NCBI GenBank assembly: GCA_963835515.1
Contig: CAWIFX010000005.1
Coordinates: 5,321-69,320, forward strand
Length of the DNA stretch: 64,000 nucleotides
Reading direction: 5' to 3'
Source: an uncultured Acidimicrobiia bacterium
GTDB lineage: Bacteria > Actinomycetota > Acidimicrobiia > Spongiisociales > JAENVV01
Shown here one piece after another: positions 40,535-49,602 of this stretch (the stretch's first letter is position 1; each line of letters begins with the position of its first letter). Under the pieces are notes generated by a model. That model made no database searches, was not told the origin of the DNA, and saw nothing but the letters and a program-made list of their open reading frames with translations. A program made the position numbers and the translations under genes.

Positions 40535-41344
40535 TTACGGGCAGAGTCCATCGTCGGTGATGCCTCGACCGCACATCTCTTGTTGTTCGATGCTCTTGAG
40601 TGAGTACCCGTCCGAGGTGGGCGTGCCGAAGATGTGCAAACGAATACCGAACAACGCGTCGTCTCCAAGCCCAACGATGTCGATCGTTATTTCCCCGAGG
40701 TCGCCTTCCGACGGCGCAACCGTAACCGTTACCCGGGACGGCGGATCCTCGGACTTGGCTACATTCGCCACGAGCATGCCCAGATCGAGCATGCTTGCCG
40801 AGCTCGGCGTGGTCCCGCCAAAACCGTTCGTTATGTAGCGAGAAGTGGCGTCGTCGACAGTGCCGAGCCATGCCATGAACGATGAGTTCGCCCATCCGGT
40901 TGTCCCATCAACCACGATCTCGTTCCATATCGACCGGGTTAGGAGGCGGTGACGGCCCGTTGCGACTATCTGGTCGAAGAGCGGATCGAGCGTCGCGACG
41001 ATTGGCTGGTTGGTGCCAGGACCGGATCGGACGTTCAGCACATCGTCATAGGCGACGCCGACCACCCCCAGCACATCACCTTCGGCGGGCCCAAGGTCGA
41101 AGGGCTCGCCCGCCAGCGTCGTACTTGTCGTGGTGGCAACGATCGTGGTGGTTGTGGTGACGGTCGTGGAGGTGGTTGAAGGCTCTGGGATCGTCGTCGT
41201 ACCTATGGACGTCGTGGGGGATGGAAGTGTCGACGGGGTCGTGGATTCGCTGACAGGGGTCGGCATGACAGTTGTGGAAGTGGACGCATCTGAACAGGCG
41301 AAGGCGGAAACAGCGAGTACGGCAAACACGGCGGTTCGATACAT
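40535..41344 (-). CDS. Lipoprotein with Thr-rich linker and bacterial SH3 domain
   Basis: Lipobox AFAC; DVLNVRSGPG; TGWANSSF. Confidence 0.8.
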   Translation of the reverse strand: MYRTAVFAVLAVSAFACSDASTSTTVMPTPVSESTTPSTLPSPTTSIGTTTIPEPSTTSTTVTTTTTIVATTTSTTLAGEPFDLGPAEGDVLGVVGVAYDDVLNVRSGPGTNQPIVATLDPLFDQIVATGRHRLLTRSIWNEIVVDGTTGWANSSFMAWLGTVDDATSRYITNGFGGTTPSSASMLDLGMLVANVAKSEDPPSRVTVTVAPSEGDLGEITIDIVGLGDDALFGIRLHIFGTPTSDGYSLKSIEQQEMCGRGITDDGLCP

Positions 41345-41441
41345 AAGTCGTCCTCCTGGTGGACGCTTCTATTTAGTTGTTACCCAGAGCGTACGCCCTG
41401 AACGTGGGCAATTCACGCGATTCGATTGCCATATTCAACGC

Positions 41442-41473
41442 GATATGTAATGATGTAATACAGATTACATATC
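41442..41473. promoter_or_regulatory. Operator-like inverted/direct repeat upstream of the 41487 gene
   Basis: GATATGTAAT-N12-ATTACATATC perfect 10-bp inverted repeat with a third ATGTAAT half-site in the spacer. Confidence 0.65.
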
Positions 41474-41486
41474 AGAAGGAGGAGCG

Positions 41487-41975
41487 ATGGACGATGTAAA
41501 GGCCTGGTTTGTTGGACGACTTCCTGAAGACTGGTTCGAAGACTTCACGATCACCGGTGACCGCGATGAGATCGTGGTGCTGGGTCGTTTGGCGCCGCCA
41601 GCGGCGGGTGATCTCGACAGTGATCAGATAGCTGTCGCCGAGCGCAGCCGAATTGACGGATTCCGCGAGGACACCCGATCGCAGCGTATGAAGATCGCCG
41701 ATCAAGCTCAGCGGACGTTTGAGCGAAAGGTCTCCTGGGGCGCGAGTTGTGGCGACTCTCAGGTCCTCTTTACTCACCTGGCTATTCCGGCCATGACCAG
41801 GCTCCGACTCAAAGAGCGAGCGTTGCTCGATACGCTCATTGACGGCGGCGTGGCTCGGAGTCGGAGCGAGGCTCTGGCCTGGTGTGTGCAGCTAGTCGGT
41901 CAGCACGAAGCCGATTGGCTGGCAGATCTTCGTGAGGCATTGGCGAACGTAGAGGCAGTCCGCGACCGCAAATAA
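41487..41975 (+). CDS. Conserved actinobacterial-type protein with C-terminal ribbon-helix-helix-like segment
   Basis: AAGGAGGAG Shine-Dalgarno; MTRLRLKERALLDTLIDGGVARSRSEALAWCV. Confidence 0.8.
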   Translation: MDDVKAWFVGRLPEDWFEDFTITGDRDEIVVLGRLAPPAAGDLDSDQIAVAERSRIDGFREDTRSQRMKIADQAQRTFERKVSWGASCGDSQVLFTHLAIPAMTRLRLKERALLDTLIDGGVARSRSEALAWCVQLVGQHEADWLADLREALANVEAVRDRK

Positions 41976-42058
41976 CCGCGACGAGTGTGCATTCAGGTCG
42001 GATATGGCGAACCGTAAGCACACTCGTTGCAGGGTTGGGGGTGGGGTAGTCTCGGACG

Positions 42059-43633
42059 ATGGCGACGTACGACTTCATCATTGTTGGGGCTGGCTCGGCC
42101 GGTTCGGTCCTCGCCAACCGGCTGTCGGCCGATCCAGATACCCGGGTGCTCGTTCTTGAGGCGGGCGGCTCAAACAAACACATGAATGTCGATACGCCAG
42201 CCGCATTCTCGAAGCTTTTCCAAACCAAGCGGGACTGGAACTACTTTACCCAACCTGAGCCGGATGCCGATGATCGGCAGCTCTACCTGCCGCGCGGCAA
42301 GATGCTGGGCGGAAGCTCATCGATGAACGCCATGATTTACATCCGGGGCAATCGGGTCGATTACGACGGGTGGGCAGCCGCGGGATGCAAGGGTTGGTCG
42401 TACGAGGAGGTCCTCCCGTACTTCAAGAAGTCCGAGCACAATGAACGCGGAGCCGACACCTTTCACGGGGTGGATGGTCTGCTCAACGTTGCGGACCAAC
42501 GGTCGATCAACGAACTGTCCCTGGCGTTTGTCGAAGCGGCGGTCGAGCGCGGATATCCGCGTAATCGAGACTTCAACGGAGCCGATCAGGTGGGCGTGGG
42601 TCCGTACCAGGTCACCCAGAAAAAGGGCGCCCGGTGGAGTACCGCTGACGCCTATCTCGGGCCAGCGATGGGTCGTTCGAACCTAACGATCTGCACGGAT
42701 GCGCACGCACACCGGATCGTGATTGAGCGGGGGCGAGCGGTGGGAGTTGAGTATCGGCACGACGGCGAGTTGAAGACCGCCAGAGCGGATGCCGAGGTCA
42801 TCGTTTCCGGTGGTGCTTACAACTCGCCACACTTGCTTATGTTGTCGGGAATCGGGCCAGCGGAGCATCTGTCCGAGTTTGGTATCGATGTAGCTGTCGA
42901 CAACCCCAACGTTGGCGACCATCTCCAAGATCATCCGGTCATCATGAACACCTTCCACGTTCACAAGAAGGTGAGCTTGGCCCACGCCGAGAAGCCGGCC
43001 CGGCTGGCTGAGTATCTTCTCTTCAAGAAGGGCATGCTGTCGTCGAACGTCGGTGAAGCGGGTGGTTTCATTCACACCCGCGACGAGCTCGATGGCCCGG
43101 ACATCCAGTTCCACTTCGCACCGGGGTATTTCAACCGTCACGGCTTCGACGTGATCGATGGAGACGCCATGACCGTCGGACCGACGCTCGTTGCGCCAAA
43201 GAGCCGTGGCCACATTCGGCTGCGCAGCACCAACCCTGAGGTCCACCCGGACATTCTTACCCGGGCGCTGAGTCATCCTGACGATGTCCGATCGCTGGTC
43301 GATGGCCTCAAGGTCACCAGAGATATTGCCCACTCGAAGGTCTTCGATGAGTACCAGGGTGGAGAGCTGCACCCCGGTGATGACGCCAAGACTGATGATG
43401 AGTTGGTCGACTACATCCGACGGAAAGCAGAATTGCTCTATCACCCGTCCGGCACGGCACGCATGGGGACGGACCCATCTTCTGCCGTCGTTGATCCGAA
43501 GTTGCGGGTATTCGGCGTCGAGGCCCTACGCGTCGTCGACGCATCGATCATGCCCACGGTGGTGCGTGGTAACACCAACGCTCCCAGCATCATGATTGCC
43601 GAGAAGGCTGCCGACCTGATCCTTAGTGACTGA
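42059..43633 (+). CDS. GMC family oxidoreductase (choline dehydrogenase-like)
   Basis: VGAGSAG, RGKMLGGSSSMN, LQDHP, YHPSGTARMG, GNTNAP. Confidence 0.93.
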   Translation: MATYDFIIVGAGSAGSVLANRLSADPDTRVLVLEAGGSNKHMNVDTPAAFSKLFQTKRDWNYFTQPEPDADDRQLYLPRGKMLGGSSSMNAMIYIRGNRVDYDGWAAAGCKGWSYEEVLPYFKKSEHNERGADTFHGVDGLLNVADQRSINELSLAFVEAAVERGYPRNRDFNGADQVGVGPYQVTQKKGARWSTADAYLGPAMGRSNLTICTDAHAHRIVIERGRAVGVEYRHDGELKTARADAEVIVSGGAYNSPHLLMLSGIGPAEHLSEFGIDVAVDNPNVGDHLQDHPVIMNTFHVHKKVSLAHAEKPARLAEYLLFKKGMLSSNVGEAGGFIHTRDELDGPDIQFHFAPGYFNRHGFDVIDGDAMTVGPTLVAPKSRGHIRLRSTNPEVHPDILTRALSHPDDVRSLVDGLKVTRDIAHSKVFDEYQGGELHPGDDAKTDDELVDYIRRKAELLYHPSGTARMGTDPSSAVVDPKLRVFGVEALRVVDASIMPTVVRGNTNAPSIMIAEKAADLILSD

Positions 43634-44339
43634 ACCGTCGCGACGAGGCGTGCTCGCCCTCGGACGCCGGGTCCGGAGCCAGGTACGACGCGCCACCAGG
43701 ATTGGTCGGCTGCTTATGAGTCGCCGTTTTCGGAAGTGGGGGATTGCGGCCCTGCGAGAGCCGTCCAATCAAGTCGCCGAGACCCAGCGAGCGGAGTGGC
43801 TCAAAGCCGACGGGTCGGTGGGAAGGCATTCGATACGGGTGCTCACAGAAAGGGCCAGCAAAGACGTCCACGCTGATCGGTTGCTCGCGGCACTGGTGCG
43901 GAGTCGGGAACCGGGCCTTGTGATCGAACTTGGTACCAACGTTGGGCTTAGCGGTACCTATTTGGCGAGTGCCCTGCCAGGTGATGGGCGCTTGAAAACA
44001 ATCGATCAGTCTGGGGACCGGCAGGTGCTTGCCCAGCAGCTCTTTTTCGCAGCAGGCGTCGCTGGTCGGATTGACGTCATCACCGGGTCATTCGTCGACT
44101 CCCTGCATGACGTGGCCAGTGACGGTTTCGAGGTCGCCTTTATCGATGGCGATCACACCTACGACGCCACCTTGTGGCTGGTGGATAGCCTGCTTTCCTA
44201 CGCCGCTCCTGGGTCGGTGCTGGTGCTTGACGACATCAACCACTCGGCCCAAATGCGCCGCGTCTGGCGCGAGCTCCGAAAGCGTCCTGGGTTGGCGAGC
44301 CTGGCCTTGACTGACCTCGGAGTTCTGGAGGTTGTCTAA
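43626..44339 (+). CDS. Class I SAM-dependent O-methyltransferase
   Basis: IELGTNVGLSG, FIDGDHTY, VLDDI; overlaps the GMC stop. Confidence 0.85.
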   Translation: MTEPSRRGVLALGRRVRSQVRRATRIGRLLMSRRFRKWGIAALREPSNQVAETQRAEWLKADGSVGRHSIRVLTERASKDVHADRLLAALVRSREPGLVIELGTNVGLSGTYLASALPGDGRLKTIDQSGDRQVLAQQLFFAAGVAGRIDVITGSFVDSLHDVASDGFEVAFIDGDHTYDATLWLVDSLLSYAAPGSVLVLDDINHSAQMRRVWRELRKRPGLASLALTDLGVLEVV

Positions 44340-44342
44340 GAC

Positions 44343-46091
44343 TCAGCCACGAACTGCCGCAGCAAGAATCGGCGCCAGAGCCAGCGCCGACGGCTGGGCT
44401 TCCATGGCGACCAAACCCTTGGCGATGTTGTGCGATTGTTTGTTGGAAGCGAACCACAGCGGTTTGAGCGGCTGTCGGAACGGCCCACGGATGACGGATT
44501 TTTGAGGTTCGTTGAACATGAGGGTGTTGTGGACCACGCCCCGCCCGGACCGGATGTCGTTGAGCGGATGACCAGGAAACGCTCCCCACGTGGTGCTCAT
44601 GAACGCGAATCCGAGCCCGGTCCAAACGTTCACCCCAACGGTCCCGTAACGGAGGTCAGCGACGGCTTGTTCAACAGCTGCGGCGATTTCGGGATCCTTC
44701 AGCGAGGCCGGGTGGACGATGAGCGACGCGCCGAGCGTCCCCCAGGCAGTTTCGTTGGCGAACCGGACGGCATCCTCGATGAAGCTGACCACCGACCGCT
44801 CGCTCTTGAGCGGTGCCTCGCCAAAGATCCCTGCGAAGGCTTCGATGGCAAAGCACGAGTGTTCAGGGTCTTCGGAATCGAGATCATGGATTAGCGTCCA
44901 TGGGACGGCACCGTCGTGGTGTTTGCCGTGATTGCGAACCGATGGATGCGAAGCTTGGAAGTGTTCCCAACGTTCCCTGGCGCCCGGGTAGTACGGGTCG
45001 CGATCGGGAGTAGCGTGAAGGGCATCGGAAATCGCATCGAGTAGCGCTTCGCGCTGGTTCCACTGCTCATGGGTTATGACGATTCGGGTTGCGATGCAAT
45101 TGAAGCCGGCGTTGTGGGTGAGCATGCCGGCGATGTTCTCCCCCTGATAGGCGAGGTCCTTCTCGGACCAGGGACCGGGCACGACGATGACGGGACTCAC
45201 ATTGCCGAGTTCCGATGAGATCGGCTTGGCAAGCAGCGGCTCATTGGCGGCCTTGCGGGCGGTGCCGTCAGGCCCGGATCCGAACACGATCGCGTCATGG
45301 GTCTTGTCTGACCCGGTGATGTGGATCGAGTCCACCTTGGGATGGTTCGCCAGATGGCTGCCCACCCCGGATCCGCCATAGACCACGCCCATGAAGTCAC
45401 GACCGATAAGTCCGGCGAAGACCTGTTCGAGGAACGGTCCGATGTACTCGTTGACCGGATTCATTTTCAAGATGACGACGGCATCTTCGACGAACATCTT
45501 GAAAAGCGTGTCCGTCGGGGCGATCGAAGCGATGTTGCCGGCCCCAAGGACCAGGGCCAGTTCGGGAGTTCGCTTTGCGTGTGGTTGATAGAGAGGGGCC
45601 ATGGTCGAACTGAGATTTCCCGGCGTTACGCCGGGCTGCATCCACACCTCACCTGAGTACCCCTGCCACAGAACCTTGTCCCAGTTGTCCACCGGAAAGA
45701 CCTGAGCGACGGTCTGCCCGTTGGGCCGGGTCGTAACCGGCCCGGGGATCGTGGGCTGGCCTGTTTGCCGGATCGATTCGAGCGATCCGATGAGCAAGCG
45801 GGCGTTACGAATCGTCAGCACTGGCCCGGCGTGCCATTCTTCGCCGGCGACCGGGTCATCCATGGAGATCCCTTTGGCCTCACAGGCAGCCGCCACCCAG
45901 GCCTCACCGACGGTCCGGGCGTTTTCGATCACTGATTGCAGAAGCGCGATCCGCTCGTCGATGTTGACATCGATCCAGGCTTGTCGGAACTCGCTCAAGA
46001 CGTTGACGAGTCCGTCGAGTTCGTCGATTGGCGTCGGTTGAATGTGTGAAGCGCCCTCAGGCTTGATGATGCTGCCGGCCACTGCGGTCAT
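44343..46091 (-). CDS. Atypical aldehyde dehydrogenase family protein
   Basis: VLGAGN, LKMNPVN, IHITGS, SELGNVSP, NAGFNC. Confidence 0.88.
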   Translation of the reverse strand: MTAVAGSIIKPEGASHIQPTPIDELDGLVNVLSEFRQAWIDVNIDERIALLQSVIENARTVGEAWVAAACEAKGISMDDPVAGEEWHAGPVLTIRNARLLIGSLESIRQTGQPTIPGPVTTRPNGQTVAQVFPVDNWDKVLWQGYSGEVWMQPGVTPGNLSSTMAPLYQPHAKRTPELALVLGAGNIASIAPTDTLFKMFVEDAVVILKMNPVNEYIGPFLEQVFAGLIGRDFMGVVYGGSGVGSHLANHPKVDSIHITGSDKTHDAIVFGSGPDGTARKAANEPLLAKPISSELGNVSPVIVVPGPWSEKDLAYQGENIAGMLTHNAGFNCIATRIVITHEQWNQREALLDAISDALHATPDRDPYYPGARERWEHFQASHPSVRNHGKHHDGAVPWTLIHDLDSEDPEHSCFAIEAFAGIFGEAPLKSERSVVSFIEDAVRFANETAWGTLGASLIVHPASLKDPEIAAAVEQAVADLRYGTVGVNVWTGLGFAFMSTTWGAFPGHPLNDIRSGRGVVHNTLMFNEPQKSVIRGPFRQPLKPLWFASNKQSHNIAKGLVAMEAQPSALALAPILAAAVRG

Positions 46092-46187
46092 AGCTTCCTC
46101 CGTGTCGCCCCTACCGTATCGCATTCGGTGGCGGTACACACCCTGTGGAGCGCTAACGTTTCGGACTCAATTAGCAAGGATTCGTAG

Positions 46188-47273
46188 ATGCAGGCCGGAA
46201 TCGTGGGACTCCCGAACGTTGGCAAGTCGACCCTCTTCAACGCGCTCACTGCCGCAGGGGCTGAGGCTGCCAACTATCCGTTCGCCACTATCGAACCCAA
46301 CGTCGGGATTGTCTCAGTGCCCGATGAGCGCCTCGAACAACTACATTCGGTGATCGACACCAAGAAGGTAATCCCGGCTGCGGTCGAGATTGTCGACATT
46401 GCCGGATTGGTGAGAGGGGCCTCAGAAGGGGAGGGTCTCGGAAACCAGTTTCTCGGTCACATCCGATCGGTCGATGCCGTGCTGCATGTTGTCAGGTGTT
46501 TCGACTCCGATGACATCACGCATGTGGAAGGCGACGTCGATCCGCGCCGTGACATCGAAACCATCGAGACAGAGTTGATTCTGGCCGACCTCGCCGTAGC
46601 CGACCGGAGAAGAGATCGGTTGGCGAAGGCGGTTCGCGTGGGCGACAAGGAAGCCGCCCTCGGTCTGGAAGTTACCGATCGATTGATCACGTCGCTCAAC
46701 GAGGGAATCCCGGCCCGAGCCGTCACCTTCACTGCCGAGGAACGTGCCACTCTCTGGGACTCACAACTCATAACCATGAAACCAGTCCTCTACGTTTGCA
46801 ACGTCGACGAGGCCGGATTGGGAGGCAACGAACACTCGGCCGTCGTAGAGGCGATCGCTGCCGAACAAGGCGCCGGTTGCATCATCCTGTGCGCCCAGGC
46901 CGAGGCTGATATTGCGGAGCTACCTGAGGATGAGCGACCGGAATTCTTGGCCGAGCTCGGGCTTGAAGAGCCAGGCCTGGCGGTTCTCGCCAGGGCCGCC
47001 TACTCCCTGCTCGGGCTCGAGACATACTTCACGGCTGGCGAAAAAGAGATCCGGGCGTGGACAGTCAAAGCCAGGACCAAGGCTCCGCAGGCAGCCGGCG
47101 TCATTCACTCCGATTTCGAGCGAGGATTCATTCGAGTCGAGGTCTATCGCATCGCTGACATGCTGGCGCTCGGCTCCGAAGTCGCTCTGAAAGCCGCGGG
47201 CAAGATGCGGGTCGAGGGTAAGGATTACACGGTTGTAGATGGCGACGTAATGCACTTTCGCTTCAACGTCTGA
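46188..47273 (+). CDS. ychF: Redox-regulated ATPase YchF
   Basis: [46 protein letters not shown]. Confidence 0.97.
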   Translation: MQAGIVGLPNVGKSTLFNALTAAGAEAANYPFATIEPNVGIVSVPDERLEQLHSVIDTKKVIPAAVEIVDIAGLVRGASEGEGLGNQFLGHIRSVDAVLHVVRCFDSDDITHVEGDVDPRRDIETIETELILADLAVADRRRDRLAKAVRVGDKEAALGLEVTDRLITSLNEGIPARAVTFTAEERATLWDSQLITMKPVLYVCNVDEAGLGGNEHSAVVEAIAAEQGAGCIILCAQAEADIAELPEDERPEFLAELGLEEPGLAVLARAAYSLLGLETYFTAGEKEIRAWTVKARTKAPQAAGVIHSDFERGFIRVEVYRIADMLALGSEVALKAAGKMRVEGKDYTVVDGDVMHFRFNV

Positions 47274-47287
47274 GTAACTTGGCACCG

Positions 47288-48082
47288 ATGCGCAAGACCC
47301 TCATCCTTTGTTTCGTCGTGCTCGGCGCTTGTACGCCGGCCGCAACGACCACCACGTCGGTGGTTGAGACATCGATCATCGTTCCACCAACGACCGCGGC
47401 CGCACCAACGACGGTTCCGGACAACCCTTCAACGACTTCGACGGTACAACCGACTACCGGGGATGGGCCGCAGACCGCCGGGCCGACTGGCGACGTCTTC
47501 CTGAAGACCGACCTGGAGCGGTTCCGATCGTCCACGGACATCTTGCTCAGCCGGGACGAAGCAGGCGATGACGTGATCATCTCATCGAGCGTCGAAGCGG
47601 CGTACGTGCGAAGCCCGGAGAGCATCGAGGCCACTATCACGTCGGGTGAACGGGTGGCGCATGTCATAGGTATCGACAATAGGTTCTGGCTAGATGACGG
47701 GACGGGTTGGCAGGAGACCCCCGCCGCCGCCCAACTACTGAGCCTGACGAGCGTCACGGCGCTTACCCCCGAGACGCTGGCCCCAATCCTCGATCAGCTC
47801 ACCAATGTTGGCGTCGAGGACGTCAATGGGCGACCGGCCATTCACTATCAAGGGGGGACCGCGGACATCCAAACCTGGCTCGGCGGATCCCCCGAGCTTG
47901 ACCAGTTTTCCACGCTCGACGTCGGTTCCATCGATGTTTGGATCGACGAGGCCGGATTCGTTACGAAGGCAGCATATGTCTTTGGGGGGACCCGCTTGAA
48001 CTCATCGGCGACGGAGTACTACCGGGCAGCATTCGAACTGCTCGATTTCGATGGCGAATTCGAGATCGTTCCGCCGCTCTAG
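47288..48082 (+). CDS. Lipoprotein, LppX/LprAFG- or LolA-like fold suspected
   Basis: Lipobox LGAC; Thr-rich linker; GVEDVNGRPAIHY, DVWIDEAG, ends IVPP. Confidence 0.7.
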   Translation: MRKTLILCFVVLGACTPAATTTTSVVETSIIVPPTTAAAPTTVPDNPSTTSTVQPTTGDGPQTAGPTGDVFLKTDLERFRSSTDILLSRDEAGDDVIISSSVEAAYVRSPESIEATITSGERVAHVIGIDNRFWLDDGTGWQETPAAAQLLSLTSVTALTPETLAPILDQLTNVGVEDVNGRPAIHYQGGTADIQTWLGGSPELDQFSTLDVGSIDVWIDEAGFVTKAAYVFGGTRLNSSATEYYRAAFELLDFDGEFEIVPPL

Positions 48083-48084
48083 GC

Positions 48085-48870
48085 CTACAGGCCCGAATAG
48101 TTCGGGGGTCTCTTCTCAACAAATGCCGCAATACCCTCTGCCGTGTCGCGGCTCCGCGCCATGTCGGCGATGTTGCGCGCCTCGGCTTCCATCTGAGTTT
48201 CCAGGGACTCGCCGAAGGTGCTGAGGAGCATGCGTTTGACCCGTCCGTAAGCCAATGTCGGTCCGCCGGCCAGTTCATGCCCCAACGCCGTGGCTTCGGC
48301 GAGTAGGTCCTCGTCAGGCACCACCCTGGTGATGAGCTGCCAGTCAAGGGCTTCTTGGGCACTCAGCACCCGGTTGGTCAACATCAACTCCGCCGCGCGA
48401 CGTAGGCCAATGGCCCTGGGTAGAAAAAAGGTCGAGCTCCCATCGGGCGACAGGGCCGACCGGGTGTACGCCGAAACGAACTTGGCAGAAGCAGCGCTTA
48501 TCACCAGGTCTCCTGCCATGGCAAGGCTAAACCCGCCTCCCGCCGCCGTTCCGTTCACTGCAACTATCAACGGTGGGTCCATCCGGGAGAAGCGTGAGAT
48601 GGCGCCATGCAGGTACAGCGTCATCTCCTTGAGCAGGTGCGGCATACTTTCGGCGGCCATGAATGCCTTGATGTCACCACCTGCCGAGAACATTTTGCCG
48701 GATCCGGTGATGAGAACGGCCCGGATTTCCGGGTTCTCGTCACATTCGATGGCGGCATTCATGAGTTCCTGGCTCATCGTCAGGTTGAGCGCGTTTGCGT
48801 CGTCGGGACGGTTGAGGGTGATCGTGGCGAGGCCGTCTGAAACGGCGAACAGGAGTGTTGAATAGTCCAT
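48085..48870 (-). CDS. Enoyl-CoA hydratase/isomerase
   Basis: TLNRPDDANAL, FSAGGD, VNGTAAGGG, EGIAAFVEKR. Confidence 0.93.
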   Translation of the reverse strand: MDYSTLLFAVSDGLATITLNRPDDANALNLTMSQELMNAAIECDENPEIRAVLITGSGKMFSAGGDIKAFMAAESMPHLLKEMTLYLHGAISRFSRMDPPLIVAVNGTAAGGGFSLAMAGDLVISAASAKFVSAYTRSALSPDGSSTFFLPRAIGLRRAAELMLTNRVLSAQEALDWQLITRVVPDEDLLAEATALGHELAGGPTLAYGRVKRMLLSTFGESLETQMEAEARNIADMARSRDTAEGIAAFVEKRPPNYSGL

Positions 48871-48893
48871 GACCACGAACTTAGCCCGGCGGG

Positions 48894-49457
48894 TTAGGGC
48901 GTGGTGGACAACTCGTCGACCATCAAACTGGCGTGGGCGCAGATGTCGAACGTGGGGTCGATCGACCAGCGGATGCTCAGCCCATTGAGGGCGCCGAGCA
49001 GAATCTCCATCCGATGCCCGGCCAGGTTCGGCGACACTGCCGGGTGCTCTCGCACATAAGCGGCCGTGAAGCGCTCGACCCGCTGTTCGTGGTGGCGCTG
49101 GATTCTCCCGGCTAGGTGATCCTGGGTCAGGGCTGCCGTGACTGCCATCTGGGCGTACACCCGACCGAGTTCTAGGTCTTTCGTGACGAAGCCCGTATAG
49201 GCGTTGACCAGGCTCTCAACGGTGTCGTTTCCGGCTCCCTCAGGGTCAGGGTCGAATGCGCTGATGGCGTCACGAACCACCGTGAGGACGGCCTCGTCTT
49301 TCGTGGCGAAAAGATTATAGAACGACCCGGCCTGGATTCCGGCCTGGGCACAGATGGCCTTGACGGTTATCGCCTCAAAGCCGACTTCGCTGAGAAGACG
49401 GCGAGTGGCCTCAAGGATCTTGCCCTGGGTTTCAAGTCCGACCTTATAGCGCGCCAT
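48894..49457 (-). CDS. TetR family transcriptional regulator
   Basis: ILEATRRLL..GFEAITVKAICAQAGIQAGSFYNLFATKD. Confidence 0.92.
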   Translation of the reverse strand: MARYKVGLETQGKILEATRRLLSEVGFEAITVKAICAQAGIQAGSFYNLFATKDEAVLTVVRDAISAFDPDPEGAGNDTVESLVNAYTGFVTKDLELGRVYAQMAVTAALTQDHLAGRIQRHHEQRVERFTAAYVREHPAVSPNLAGHRMEILLGALNGLSIRWSIDPTFDICAHASLMVDELSTTP

Positions 49458-49500
49458 AAGAATTGCATCGTAGGGGGTTCAGCCTGGGTGTGCATGTGCC

Positions 49501-49576
49501 GATAAGTGATTTAGAGAATTTGATCACTCTGATAAATTTGAATCTTTCCTCAAAATTGAGTGTATACTAAAAATTG
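49501..49576. promoter_or_regulatory. AT-rich divergent promoter with candidate TetR operators
   Basis: Near-palindrome TTGAGTGTATACTAAA (49556-49571) containing TATACT; AGTGAT-N12-ATCACT (49505-49528). Confidence 0.55.
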
Positions 49577-49602
49577 ACCGTATCGCCGAGTGAAGGCCAG
49601 CC

